Source of the DNA: Octopus vulgaris
Taxonomy: Eukaryota
Direction: 5' to 3'
Length of the DNA: 64,000 bases
Assembly (NCBI GenBank): GCA_951406725.2
Contig: OX597827.1
Span: 33,170,001-33,234,000 of the forward strand
The notes beneath the pieces are model-generated. The model did not search any database, had not been told where the DNA came from, and was given only the letters and a program-made list of their open reading frames with translations. Every line of letters begins with the position of its first letter. Position 1 is the first letter of the stretch. Positions 24,345 to 35,765 of the stretch are shown here, piece after piece. The position numbers and the translations under genes were made by a program.

Positions 24345-24846
24345 CAGTCAAAAACTGATGCTCTTATAGATTAATTTCCCGTGTAAGGAAAAATAAACTG
24401 TTGCGTCAACACGATTGAACAGCTGGAAACCGACCAATACAAACAACAGGTTTGTTTAATCATGGGGTCATGTGACCGCTGGAACAAAAAGGGTTTGTGG
24501 AGCTCATATTCGGGTATTTGAGCATAGATGAGTCAAAACGAAAACATCTCATGCAATGACAGTGTAAAACACTTTTGCTACTGTAGGTTATATAAAATTC
24601 GTGGGACAGTGTGATATGCACCAAACAGAAGGGAAAAAAGTTATTTCTTACAGATTTCATTTATCCGTCAATTTGTCATTAGGGAGAGTATACAGAGGTT
24701 GTAGCAGTCAGCTGTTTTACAGTAGTGAGCAGACGTTAATGGTAAGAAGAGCAGCCATGTACCTCTGACAGTGTTCAGTGGAAAAGAGAGACAGATATGC
24801 TAAAAACATAGAGATATTACATTTCTATATTTAAGAGATGAGGAAT

Positions 24847-25287
24847 TATGTACACTATTTACGTTTGACGGATATTTGTCCTCATCTTGTTTGTTGTTGA
24901 CACAACGTTTCGCCTGATATACCCTCCAGCCTTCATCAGGTGTCTTGGGGAAATTTCGAACCTGGGTTCTCATTCCTCAGGTATTTTTTGATGTTGTTGT
25001 TGTTGTTGTTGTTATTGAACTCGGAATCATTTGGGTTAGTAGCCCGCGCTCTTAACCACTACGCCATATGCCCACGGCATATAATAATAATAATGATAAT
25101 GATAATAATAATAATAATAGCAACAACAACAACAACAATATCGAAGAATACCTTAGGAACGAGAGCCCAGGTTCCAAATTTCCCTAAGACTCCCGATGAA
25201 GACTGGAGAGTATATCAGCCGAAACGTTGTGTTAACAGCAAACAAGATGAGGACAAATATCCGTCAAATGTAAATAATGTAAATTAT
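24847..25287. mobile_element. Palindromic retroposon: tRNA-like head plus hammerhead-bearing arm, with an inverted copy of the arm
   Basis: Arms ~24847-25012 and ~25120-25287 are reverse complements. The spacer holds an A-box TGGCGTAGTGG (minus, 25056-25066) and a partial B-box GAGTTCAA (25015-25022). Confidence 0.75.
24899..24944 (-). ncRNA. Minimal type I hammerhead ribozyme motif
   Basis: GACAC CUGAUGA A GGCUG-loop-CAGGC GAAA CGUU GUGUC: 5-bp stem I, conserved core, stem II with one mismatch, palindromic AACGUU stem III. Confidence 0.7.
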
Positions 25288-25636
25288 GAACATATAGACA
25301 TGTTTATTCGTCGAAGTGTTGGACAAGAGTGATGTGGGGTGGGGGTATGTTCCTTCAGCAAAGTACCAGGTGAAAGAGAGAGCATGCACATTCGGCAGTG
25401 TCACATGAAAGAGTAAGAATTCTGATCAGTGTTCTGTATTTATACATGTTCGATACATGTATACATGATGGATGTAGGTCAGAGAACAACAGAAAGCGAA
25501 TGCATTTGTCTCTGTTGAACTGAATTTAACTCAAGATATTCGGTGAAACAATCCAAATCGGGCAGTTGACCTTCATAAATTTCCAATTGTGACTGCTGAG
25601 AATGCTGGAAAGGAGCTTACAGAAAAATCTTGACTA

Positions 25637-26000
25637 AGGCGCAGGAGTGGCTGTGTAGTAAAAAAGCTTGGTTCCAGGTTCAGTCGCACTGTGTGGCACC
25701 TTGGGCAAGTGTCTTCTACTATAGCCTCAAGCCGACCAGAGCCTTGGGAGTGGATTTGGTAGACGGAAACTGAAAGAAACCTGTCATATATATGTATATG
25801 TGTGTGTGTGTGTTTATGTTTGTGTGTCTGTATTTGTCCCCCCACCCAATATCGCTTGACAACCGATGCTGGTGTGTTTACGTCCCCGTAACTTAGCGGT
25901 TCGGCAAAAGAGACCGATAAGTCCTGGGGTTGATTTGCTCGACTAAAGGTGGTGCTCCAGCATGGCCGCAGTCAAATGACTGAAACAAATAAAAGAATAA
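25637..26000 (+). mobile_element. tRNA-derived SINE with internal (TA/TG)n; other copies at ~4615-4945(-), 26300-26680(-), 34495-34920(-), 44580-44990(-), 52541-52905(+), 53685-54100(-), 55001-55390(+), 58725-59105(-)
   Basis: Head ggcgcaggagtggctgtgtgg, B-box ggttcagtc, gcaccttgggcaagtg, 3' end gactgaaacaagtaaaaga. Confidence 0.8.
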
Positions 26001-26899
26001 GTTTTTGATTATTAGCTAAGGATCCAGGAAACACTGTTTTGTATGTAATACTACTGTTATATGTTTGTGTCTATGTGTATGTGTACGCATACGTATATAT
26101 GAATACATCCTCATTATTAGTACTATTTTGTTAAGCGTATTTAGTAAACAGTATGAACTGTGAATAAAGCGAATACGCACAGTGTGTATCACTCCGCTAT
26201 ACATATATACAGTTGCGAACGTGCCAAGGAAATATGTTTTTTAAATCTTTATGTCATGTATTGTCAATAATCTACATTTTTTTTTGTTCTATTGTCTGTC
26301 TTTATTCTTTTACTTGTTTCAGTCATTTGGCTGCGGCCATGCTGGGGTACAGTCGTAAAGGAATTTTAGTTGAACTAATCGACACCCAGGACTTCGTTTT
26401 TTTTTTAAGCCTGGCATTTATCCTGTCGGTTTCTTTTGCTGAACCGCTGAGTTACAAGGGACGTAGACACACCAACACCGATTATCAAGCGGTGGTGGGG
26501 GTCAAACACAGACGTGCGTGCGCACACAAACACCCACGCACTCGCGTTTCTTTCCGTTTCCGTCAACCAAATCCACTCACACGGTTTTGGTCGGTCTGGG
26601 GCTATATTAGAAGACACTTGCCCAAGGTGCCAAGCCATGTGGTTGGAAAGCAAGCTTCTTACCACACAGTCACGTCTGTACCTAAGAATTTGCTTAAGAA
26701 ATTGAATAAATGTTTTCTTTTCTTCACATATGTGTAAGCCATCAAAGATAAACTATTCACAAGTCATCTACTGTCAGTTAGTAACTTAAAATGTATTTTG
26801 TTATATTACTTTGTTTATATCGTAGTGGATTCGAAACCCCAATTGTGGGATAACCTGTCAGATGCCACGAGCAAACCACAATAGTTTTGGTCAATTACT

Positions 26900-27060
26900 A
26901 CAGTACTCTGTCAGTTATGATGACAAGAGGTCCAATTGATCCAGTCAACAGACCAGCCTGCTCGTGAAATTAATGTGCATGTGGCTGAGCATTCCACAGA
27001 CACGTGTACCCTTAACGTAGTTCTCGGGGAGATTCAACATGACACAGAGTGTGACCACCC
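26900..27060. mobile_element. Fourth SINE-like family; other copies at ~46330-46470, 59400-59700, 60500-60610, 62115-62410
   Basis: Shared gctcgtgaaattaa.gtgc.agtggctgag.actccacagacacg sequence. Confidence 0.65.
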
Positions 27061-27392
27061 ATAGTGACAATATTATTTAAATTGTGGCGATGAGATGAAC
27101 CAGGAGAAAAGGGTCCATGATGTTAATGACTGAGGGACCCTACCAAAGAGGAACAGTGAGTGAGGTCAAGTGGGCAGAAGTAGGATTGATATGGGTTTCT
27201 TTGGCCTTGGGCAATGGGAGCGGAAAGACACATGCAAGCGTGCGAGCTAGAAAGGGAATTTTGGATTTAACCAAGTTGGACAGCTGACACTGAGAAGTAG
27301 GAGAATTGCACTTTGTTCCTCATTTTACAAGCTATTTCAGCACTCGTATACATATATTTTTTCTTTTGTTGTTGTTGTTGTTGTCCTCTTAC

Positions 27393-30300
27393 ATGAGATG
27401 TGAGAAAAATATAAGGATTGGTAGTGATGTCATCAGACCTTTCTGTGGTGAGAGAGATGGGATCTTTTCGGTTTGAACGGCAGTTTTTTCTAGCAGTGTC
27501 ATATGAAATTGTCACCCATAATTATGACCCTAGTATCGATCTATTGCATTTCAATCTATTTTAGGGTTAGGGTTAGTTAGGGTTAGGGGTGGGGGGAAGG
27601 GTATCTTTTTTCTTCAGAAATGTAAATAAACCCAATCTGTTTCTTAAACGAGGGACATATTCATACAGCACAGAATGTTTTTCACCTCAAATAGACGTCA
27701 TTGATTGGTTGAAATTGCAGAAATTGAAAAAAAAAAAAATATCTTGCAAACTATAGAATTTTCTGAATAAAGCCAAGAGAAAAAGATGTTTTATAAACAC
27801 ATTCTACCAGTATACGAAGTTTATAAGTGTTTAGTTACGTGGAAATTATTTTAAAAAACTGCCGTTCAAACCGAAAAGATCCAAGAGATGTTATTGCCTA
27901 GGTCCGTAAGATCAAGGTGGTGGCCGGGATGCGAAGAATTGAAGATGTAGCAGGTCTCACGGCTCTGGATCTGGAGGTTAAACTCATTGGCGCTGTACTT
28001 CGAAATGGATGAAACAGACCAACGTGATGCAGAGAAGATTGAGCATCACCTAAAAGAAGCTTCACTAAGCTGGGAAAGGTCTGGTGGAGAAGAGAACAGG
28101 TGGACGTGTATGCAGCAGAGATTTGGAGATTGGCCATGCTATCTGGTTTTACTGGAGAGGGACTAGAAAAGGCAGCACAGTTGGCATCCATAAATGGTTT
28201 CCTTGATGATATATCAGTGCATTTGCAACAACTGCCGGGCAGTGAGAAAATGGCAATGAGTGAACTCATCGCCCAGGTCCATGTGTCAACGCAAAACACC
28301 GGGCAGGATGCAGTGGCAATGGCAGCTACGGAAGTCCACAGCATCATGGGACAATCGGCGAAGAATGAGAAGAGAAAAGCTGCTGTGGAGCGGCAGCGAC
28401 CATTTATGGGCCAGTGTTTCAAGTACCAGGGGCTGCACATGGCAAGGGACTGCACAGAGATGAAACCTGAACCCATTTGCTATTGGTGCAAGTAGGCAGG
28501 GCATATTGCTCAAAACTGCAGCCAGGGAAAAATCCATGGGGAAGTTGCTGCCTCTCAAACTTCCCCTGTGAGCAAGGAGAGGCTTTTGTGCCGTTGCTGC
28601 CTTTAATTGAAGTCCTGGTTGGAAGAAAGGCACTCAAAGCCCTCGTAGATACAGGCTGAACAACATCTCTCCTAACCCCAAGAGTGACAAAAAAGTGGAA
28701 AGGGACGAGTAGTGTTAGGGCGGTTGACAGCAGCGAAATTAGATGTAAGGGTAGCAGCGAAGTCCAGATGGCGGTACGGGGCACATCACTAAGGCTGAGT
28801 GTAATTGTGATCGACCATGTGGTAGATAGAATTTATGTAGTGACGGACATGGACACGATCCACTGTCTAGGGGGTGTCAGTGTTAACGGAGCCATGGTTT
28901 CATTAGGTGGCACAGGGGCATCATGTGCTGTGAATCTGCAACAAGAGAGTGGGCAGAGCTCCGGGGTGGATTGTACTGCTTACACCATTCACGATAAAGA
29001 TTTTCAGGTGGTGTTTAACTGTCAGTGGTGGATAGTTGAGTGGCACTGGAAAAGAGAGCTTCCGACGCTGAGGAACAGGCTAAGCTGTTATCAGCATACC
29101 TTGAATGGAGATGCCAGGAGTGATTTTGAAGGAGATGTAGAGAGATGGATCAAGGAGGAAATCGCTATCCTGTGGAAGAAAGTGAAGAGCAGAATGCTGC
29201 CACTAATGGAAGGTCAGACTAGTATTGGACTTTTGGGAACTGAATGGCTACGTATCGTGCCACACGAGCTGTGAAGTGACTAATGTCTGTGGAGGGATGT
29301 TGCGAGAATGAAGACAGATGACGAGGGCTGCAACAATTGCCAACTTGAAGTCGGCATATCTGCAGTTCCATGTCAGCAAGAAATTGTGGAAGTATCAGCT
29401 GGTGAGATATAAGGGCCAGACATACTGTTGATTAGGCTGGGATTTGGGCTGAATTCTGCACCAAAGATCATGGCAACTGTGTTCAAATCTATCCTGGGAA
29501 AGATGGACAAAGTAGAAAAGGCCACCAATTCCTAGATAGACGACATCTTGGTTGATGAGACTGTAGTGTCTACCACAGAGGTCATAGGTCAGCTAAAGAA
29601 ATTCAGACTGACCATGAAACCACCTGAGCCAATGGTTGGAGAAGCTGCACTGGAGCTCAAGTTTCAAAGAAACAAAACAGATATTTGGTGTTTCGGAGAG
29701 GAAATGAGATTCCAGAACTGGGCATCAGTGTCAACAGATGAGAACTATTTTCGATGTATGGGAGACCAGTGGGTCCCTATCCAATTGCAGGGTGGCTTTA
29801 AACAGCATACAGCTATGTTAAGAGATGAGGTGATGATGCAGGAGATCATGGAAAGGGTAAGAGCAGAGGACCCAGTAAGAGAAAGCTGGTCTGTGCCCAG
29901 ATTGGAGAATGAGACCATATGATGCAATGCTAGCAGCATTGCGATAGGCATTGTCCTAGAAATCAGAGGTGTTGAAGTGGAGGATGCAGCCTGGCTCCAA
30001 AACACAGATGATTACAACTACATTAACGTGGCTGAGTTGGATGCCGTGCTGAAGGGTGAATCTGGCCCTGAGATAGGGGCTCTGCTCTATCAAAACTCTG
30101 AACTGATTCGGCTACTATGCTTGGATGAGTGGGATCAGTGATCACTGATGAATGGAGGGTTCATATGAAAGTGGGTTGCAGAGTTGTTAGGTAAGCACCA
30201 CCTGGGGGTTCTGGGAGAGCTAGCTGCCAAATTTGGTTTGAAGCTGAGCATGGTCTTTGTGCCCTCAGAAAGGAATAAGGCAGAAATTCTAACAAGGGTG

Positions 30301-30465
30301 AAAAAGGCCTGGCTGGTGGTGCTGGAAAATTCAGAGCAGGGGATAGCTGCAGTGTGTCAGCTAGGTGACTCAGAACTAAGGAAACTGCATATCATACATA
30401 ATATGGGCGGGGATAGAACCCTGTATTTTACCAGAAAGGTTGACTCCAACGTTACTAGGAAAAGC
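27393..30465 (+). mobile_element. Degenerate Gypsy-type LTR retrotransposon internal region (gag-PR-RT-RNaseH-start of IN)
   Basis: gag DVIRPFCGERD|VIA*VRKIKVVA..., two Zn-knuckle remnants CFKYQGLHMARDC and CYWCK*AGHIAQNC, protease ALVDTG, RT LKSAYLQ...RLGFGLNSAP...IDDILV, RNase H NASS...HINVAELDAV. Many stops and frameshifts; truncated by Tc1 sequence at ~30465. Confidence 0.88.
27460..27882. mobile_element. MITE with perfect 30-bp TIRs and 8-bp TSD, containing TTAGGG repeats, inserted in Gypsy gag
   Basis: TIR ggatcttttcggtttgaacggcagtttttt at 27460-27489 and 27853-27882; TSD gagagatg/aagagatg; (ttaggg)n at ~27561-27590. Confidence 0.9.
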
Positions 30466-31460
30466 TTTCAAATTCTATGGGAATGTTTTGCCATATTCCA
30501 TTGATATAATTGAATAATTGTTTTAGATTAGATGGTTTTTTAACATGGACTTTTTTGGAAACATAATTCCACAAGTTCTTGATCGGATTCAAGTCCGGGC
30601 TCTGGGGAGGCCATTCGATTATGTCAGTATTATGGTGATCAAAAAATTCCATAACCTTTTGGGATTTGTATTGTCCTGCTGATAAATAGCCCCCGGGGGC
30701 ATTTCGTGAGTCAAATATGGCACAACATTATCCTTTAGTAGATTCATATAACCTACACTATTTAGCTTTCCATCAACTTTAACTAGAGAGCCAACACCAA
30801 GGTTACTAAATGCCGCCCACATCATCACATCCCCCCCCCCGCTTGCGTCGTCTTTTGCATGCATTTCGGATGGAATTCCTCAGTTGGGCAACGTCTGACG
30901 TATGGTTTACCATCTGATCCAAATATACAGAAGCATGACTCATCACTCCAAAGGACCCTGCACCAATCTTTGGTAGTCCATTGAGCATGGCTTTTTGTGA
31001 AATTAAGGCGTTTGAGCCGATTTCTTTCAGATATTATTGGCTTTTTCCTAGTGGTTTGTCTATGTAGTCCAAATTCTCTCAAACGGTTGCGGACGGTTTG
31101 TAGTGTAAAAATTACACCATTCTCATTGGACAATTGTTTACAAATGTTAACGGCTGTCAGCATTCGGTTGCCTTCCGAAAGTCGGTGGATTCGACGGTCC
31201 AACTGCGCCGTCATTTTTCTTGGGGCGCCAGTCCTTTGCTGATCTTTATATTGACCAGACTCCGAGTGCAAGCCATTTTACTGCACTTTAGTTGCTTGTT
31301 GATGTTCAAAAAGGAAACTTTTTGCTGGTGGAGTAATACGATTTTTGCTCTCATGACTGGACTGAGGCTACGTTGTTTTCCCATTATTGTGTGACCACCC
31401 ATTTTGGCAAAAAAATTTGCATACATATTACATGGTCTTAAACTAATTTTGCCGGTAAAT
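30465..31460 (-). mobile_element. Tc1 (DD34E) transposase pseudogene
   Basis: MGKQRSLS.. (ATG 31384), RTGAPRK, RKKP, VLWSDES, VMMWAAFS, YQQDN, WPPQSPDLNPIKNLW across several frameshifted ORFs; catalytic E changed to K. Confidence 0.92.
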
Positions 31461-32019
31461 TTGAAACGTTTATATTAATTTAGCATAAGTTGGGACAATG
31501 TACAAATTCAGGGCTTAGAAATTAAATGACAATCGGAGAGCCAACCAATTGAAATGATGTGTAAAACATCAATAGTTAAGAGCAGAAATTTCAGCTTTGA
31601 CAAAAATGGAAATAATCCTGAAATATAGAATCTGAATGCCAACACACCTGAGAGATTAAATTGAGCCATTTTGTTTATTCCTGAAAAATTTTTGGTTAAT
31701 TTTATGATATGGAGTGGATTAAAATATAAAGCAGCATTTTTTATTTTATATGGGGTTTTTTTTTGCAGTGAAAGCTAGTTTAGAGGTGCAGTTGACAGTT
31801 TCAAGTCACATGTAGCCATTGATGCAGAATGGTTTTTACCTACAGAACCATCATTCATTACAGAGTGGTAGTTTCGCAGCAATCTAATGCATTGTGTGAT
31901 GTGCTGTTAGCTGAATTAAAACTACACAAGCTGACAAGTAAATTATTTGCCTTTAACTGCAATTTTTTGTTCTTATGTGCATATGAGTGTTTGTATGTCT
32001 CTAAGCATGAATGTAAGTG

Positions 32020-32052
32020 TATATCACACACACATATATATGTATGCATGTG

Positions 32053-32091
<39 letters not shown>

Positions 32092-32158
32092 ATAGAGAGA
32101 GGGAGAGAGAAACAAACAGATAAATAAATATTTATATACATACAAAAATATACATATG

Positions 32159-32236
<78 letters not shown>

Positions 32237-32250
32237 TATATATATATTAT
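32020..32250. repeat. Compound (TA)/(TG)/(CA) microsatellite
   Basis: Direct reading. Confidence 0.9.
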
Positions 32251-32347
32251 GTGAGCTATCATGTGCATGTGTTTTTCTTTCTTCATGCATATTTTATTCT
32301 ATACACTTCCAAGTTTGGGGTAGAAAGGGCTAAGAATGTCATCTTGA

Positions 32348-33061
32348 TTAAATTGTAGTTATTTTGGATGATATTTGAACTGGTCGTCTCGATGCCAGTC
32401 CCACATGACTTGGCAATCCACTTTTTATCAATTGTTCAGTTGCAATATAGCATGGCTTTAGAATAAGCTTGTTGGTTGAATTCAGCTCATCGACATGATA
32501 ACCGTACAGGTGTTCTCTAGGAATTCTGCTTGGAGCACTCAGTTCAGGTAAGAGTGGTGTATATTTCTGCATGGTTTTGACTAGCACATCATGTAGAATA
32601 GTCTTTGGGAGCTTTTCATCTACATACTTCAAAGAACCAATTTTATCCTGAATTTTCTTCTTCACAACATAGTCCTGGTCGTCCTGGCGTACAAATTTCT
32701 GTGGTTGAATCAGAGTGTTTGGTGGTTTCAAACCTAAAGCTGGAATTCTCTTTATATCATGTTTTTTAATTGGTTTCGGTGTGATATCAATGCAACGTAC
32801 TGCAGTGTCGGCTGCTGTTTGATTGTATTTGTGTATTTGCTTTGCATTTGAAAGGAAAGGATTTGGGTATGGTTTTGGCTGTTGGGGTGCATAATAGGCA
32901 TACGTGTGGTTTTCCTTGAGCCAGTCATTTAGGCAAAGTGCTTCATGTTGGCATGAATTTTTGGGATTACAGTCAATACCACAGATGTAACAAATGATTC
33001 TAGCTTTGTTATAATCATCACTGAACTTCGTAGATTCATACTTGGGATCTTCTGAATGCAT
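32348..33061 (-). CDS. Uncharacterised protein with a ZNF474-like C2HC zinc finger, paralog B (237 aa from the ATG after the acceptor)
   Basis: ORF 32348..33106; tttatag|GA ATG at 33061. Contains IICYICGIDCNPKNSCQHEALCLNDWLKEN. The C-terminus RIPREHLYGYHVDELNSTNKLILKPCYIATEQLIKSGLPS aligns without gaps to paralog A RIPKGHEYAYTLDEVNSKNELILQPCFLATEELKKMGLPS. AATAAA (minus) at 32293-32298. Confidence 0.85.
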   Translation of the reverse strand: MHSEDPKYESTKFSDDYNKARIICYICGIDCNPKNSCQHEALCLNDWLKENHTYAYYAPQQPKPYPNPFLSNAKQIHKYNQTAADTAVRCIDITPKPIKKHDIKRIPALGLKPPNTLIQPQKFVRQDDQDYVVKKKIQDKIGSLKYVDEKLPKTILHDVLVKTMQKYTPLLPELSAPSRIPREHLYGYHVDELNSTNKLILKPCYIATEQLIKSGLPSHVGLASRRPVQISSKITTI

Positions 33062-33495
33062 TCCTATAAACAATAAGAAAGCGATAATAAGATACAGGCA
33101 ATTCATGACAGGTGATATATATATATAGATATAGACTGACCTTTGTCTGTGGTATCTTTATTCCTTCTTACATCCCCATTTCTTTTCTCTTGATGTCCTT
33201 TGCTTTAGCTAAACCTACCCCGCTGTCTTTCTTGCTACTATAGAATTTTGTCTGCAACAGTTAGATGCGAACTTAACCGTGGTATGACCAGCATCTTTCC
33301 TCATGCCTCTTGGAACTTATACCCACATCTTTATGAGTAGATTTATCTTCTCTGGGATGTTAATAATCATTTTAAAAACTTTGTATTGTTGGAAAACATA
33401 TAGTCTGCTTGAAATCTTACTTCAGACTCATGGAACTCACTCCTATAACTTCATAAGGATATTTACACTCTCTAAGATATTTGGAAAACCTATGT

Positions 33496-33573
33496 GATTT
33501 AGCTGATGAATACTTGACATTATATTTGCAGTTTGAAATAAAATGTTTATAGTATGAAACAATTGTACTAATC
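33496..33573 (+). ncRNA. Type I hammerhead ribozyme motif with intact core
   Basis: GAUUUAG CUGAUGA AUACU-(36 nt)-AGUAU GAAA CAAUUG UA^ CUAAUC; predicted cleavage after A33567. Confidence 0.8.
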
Positions 33574-33618
33574 TACCAATCCATTCTTGTTGCTTTTTTC
33601 TTGGTTATATATATATAT

Positions 33619-34043
33619 ATGGACACATTATATAATTATACCTAAAATCTCCAAGAAGTTAAAGAGATAGACAAAGAACATGTTGTCTCTACTTCAGCAT
33701 AGAAGTTTTTAAGTTGTTTTAAGTCTTCCCTTACTAAACCTCATGATATTGCTTATAATAAATGTTGATTTTTTTATGACTATATCAACTAGAATGTCTG
33801 TCTACTCCACTCAGCCCTACCCATAACAGATACTGCCTTCTGTTCTCTCAGCCTTAGATATACAAGGGATTTGATAAACTAGTCTATGAATTAAAACTAA
33901 CCCCATAGAGACAAAAAATCAGTGGCAGGCAGAGTCTTCTTGATAATTTTAGATACTTCTATACTGAAGTAGAGACAACATGTTCTTTGTCTATCTCCTT
34001 AACTTCTTGGAGAAATTAGATATGATTATACTAATGTGTCCAT
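33619..34043. repeat. ~88-bp inverted repeat arms (33619-33706 / 33955-34043) upstream of a hammerhead; resembles a PLE-type 5' inversion
   Basis: atggacacatta...ctccaagaagttaaagagatagacaaagaacatgttgtctctacttcag and its reverse complement. Confidence 0.85.
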
Positions 34044-34075
34044 CTGTTCTAATTTAATTAAATTCTATATCTTTG

Positions 34076-34162
34076 TGCAGCTGAAGATTGCTCTACATTT
34101 TGAATTGATGTAATGATTGCATTGTTCAATTAAATGGAGTTGCATGAAACGATTGTACTGCA
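34076..34162 (+). ncRNA. Type I hammerhead ribozyme motif with long stem II
   Basis: UGCAG CUGAAGA uUGC-(long imperfect hairpin)-GCAu GAAA CGAUUG UA^ CUGCA; predicted cleavage after A34157; first stem II pair is a U-U mismatch. Confidence 0.7.
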
Positions 34163-34713
34163 TTACCTCTGGATATCCTTGTTGCTTATTTTGATTTTAA
34201 TCACTTTACTTTGAAAATGCATGGATAATACTGTACTAAATTCTGGTATCATATTCATCTGAATCTAAATTTTTACTATATATATATATATAATCCTTAT
34301 ATATTACTATATTTTATATCTTATATCTTATATGTAAAGAATAATATGCTATATGTATGTATGCTATTATAATTATCAGTTTAACAAATAAATAAGTTAA
34401 CATTTTAATATCCAAAAGTTGATGAACCACCTATTGTTCTCCTCCATTTTCTTATTTGCGATATATATATAACAAAACACATATATATATATTCTTTTAT
34501 TCGTTTCAGTCACTTGATTGTGGTCATGCTGGAGCACTGCCTTTAGTCAAACAAATCGACCACAAGATTTATTCTTTGTAAGCCTAGGACTTATTTTATT
34601 GGTCACTTTTGCCGAACCGCAAAGTTACAGGGACATATAAACACACCAACAATGGTTGTCAAACGATGGTGTGGGGACATACACACACATATATACATAT
34701 TTATATATATAAA

Positions 34714-34802
<89 letters not shown>
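34714..34802. repeat. (TC)n(TA)n microsatellite inside a SINE
   Basis: Direct reading. Confidence 0.9.
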
Positions 34803-34806
<4 letters not shown>

Positions 34807-35069
34807 GATCTTTTCAGTTTCCATCTACGAAATCCACTCACAATGCTTTGGTCGGCCACGCAGTTTGACTGAACCTTGAACCATGTGGTAAGCTACTTAC
34901 CATACACCATGCCTGTGCTATATGTAGAACCATCAGTCTATGCTCATACTTTTCATAATGCTATGGGTAAATTACATGTTGGAGAGCCCATAATTAATAT
35001 GAGCCAACAATGCAAGTGGTAAGCCGGCTAGAATTAGCAAGCAAACCTCCTTCAAATAATGCCCTACCT

Positions 35070-35765
35070 TACCAAAGGATTTGGATTGATGTAACTGGAT
35101 CGACTTTGATCTTAGGTCTACTGGTTCAGGACTGCTATGGGACTCTACAACAGCAACCTAAATTCATGTCCTTTATTTTGTTGTATTGTGATCAGTCTGG
35201 AACCCCTATCTTGCCCAGGATATTAATCATCTAGAAACTGTTCAGCGATGTGCAACCAAGAGAATACCCTCCATCAGGCATTTGCCATATTCTGAACACC
35301 TTACTTCCCTGGGCATGGATACCTTGAAATGCTGACGTCTGGCAGCTGACTTAACAGACACCCATAAAATTATTAACCATCTTACTAACAAGGTACTTAC
35401 TCTGAGTACCTTTTCAAACTCCACCTGTCTAACACCCATGGACATGTTTACAAAGTCAGAAAATAGCACAGCTCCCATGACTTTCGGAAACATTTTTTCA
35501 CACTAAGAGTTTCTGAAGTATGGAACAAACTGCTGGCATCAGTTATTAGTTGTCGGAGCCCTGCCTCCTTCAAAACTTCCATGCTTTCTGAGATTCGCCA
35601 ACACTACACCTGATTTTCTCCCCTCCATACACACACAAGCATGTATCTGACTCATACACTGTTCACTTTCCAGATATTTGTACATTACTGCATATGCTTT
35701 ATATGCACTTTTGACAAGTTGTGGTGCACCTGAGCACTGTATACAATAATTTCATTATTATTATT
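35070..35765 (+). mobile_element. CR1-clade LINE 3' fragment
   Basis: PYLAQDINHLETVQRCATKRIPSIRHLPY...RLAADL; 3'UTR ends in (ATT)n; homologous to 40820-41400. Confidence 0.85.

Noticed and set aside
24940-25332. 130-aa ORF with poly-L/poly-I
   Set aside because: Product of microsatellites inside the palindromic hammerhead element.
27898-28476. 192-aa minus ORF
   Set aside because: Antisense shadow of the Gypsy gag.
33062-33106. Signal-peptide-like N-terminus MNCLYLIIAFLLFIG of ORF 32348..33106
   Set aside because: It coincides with a T-rich tract ending in tttatag, an acceptor positioned like that of paralog A. It is most likely intron, though not strictly excluded.
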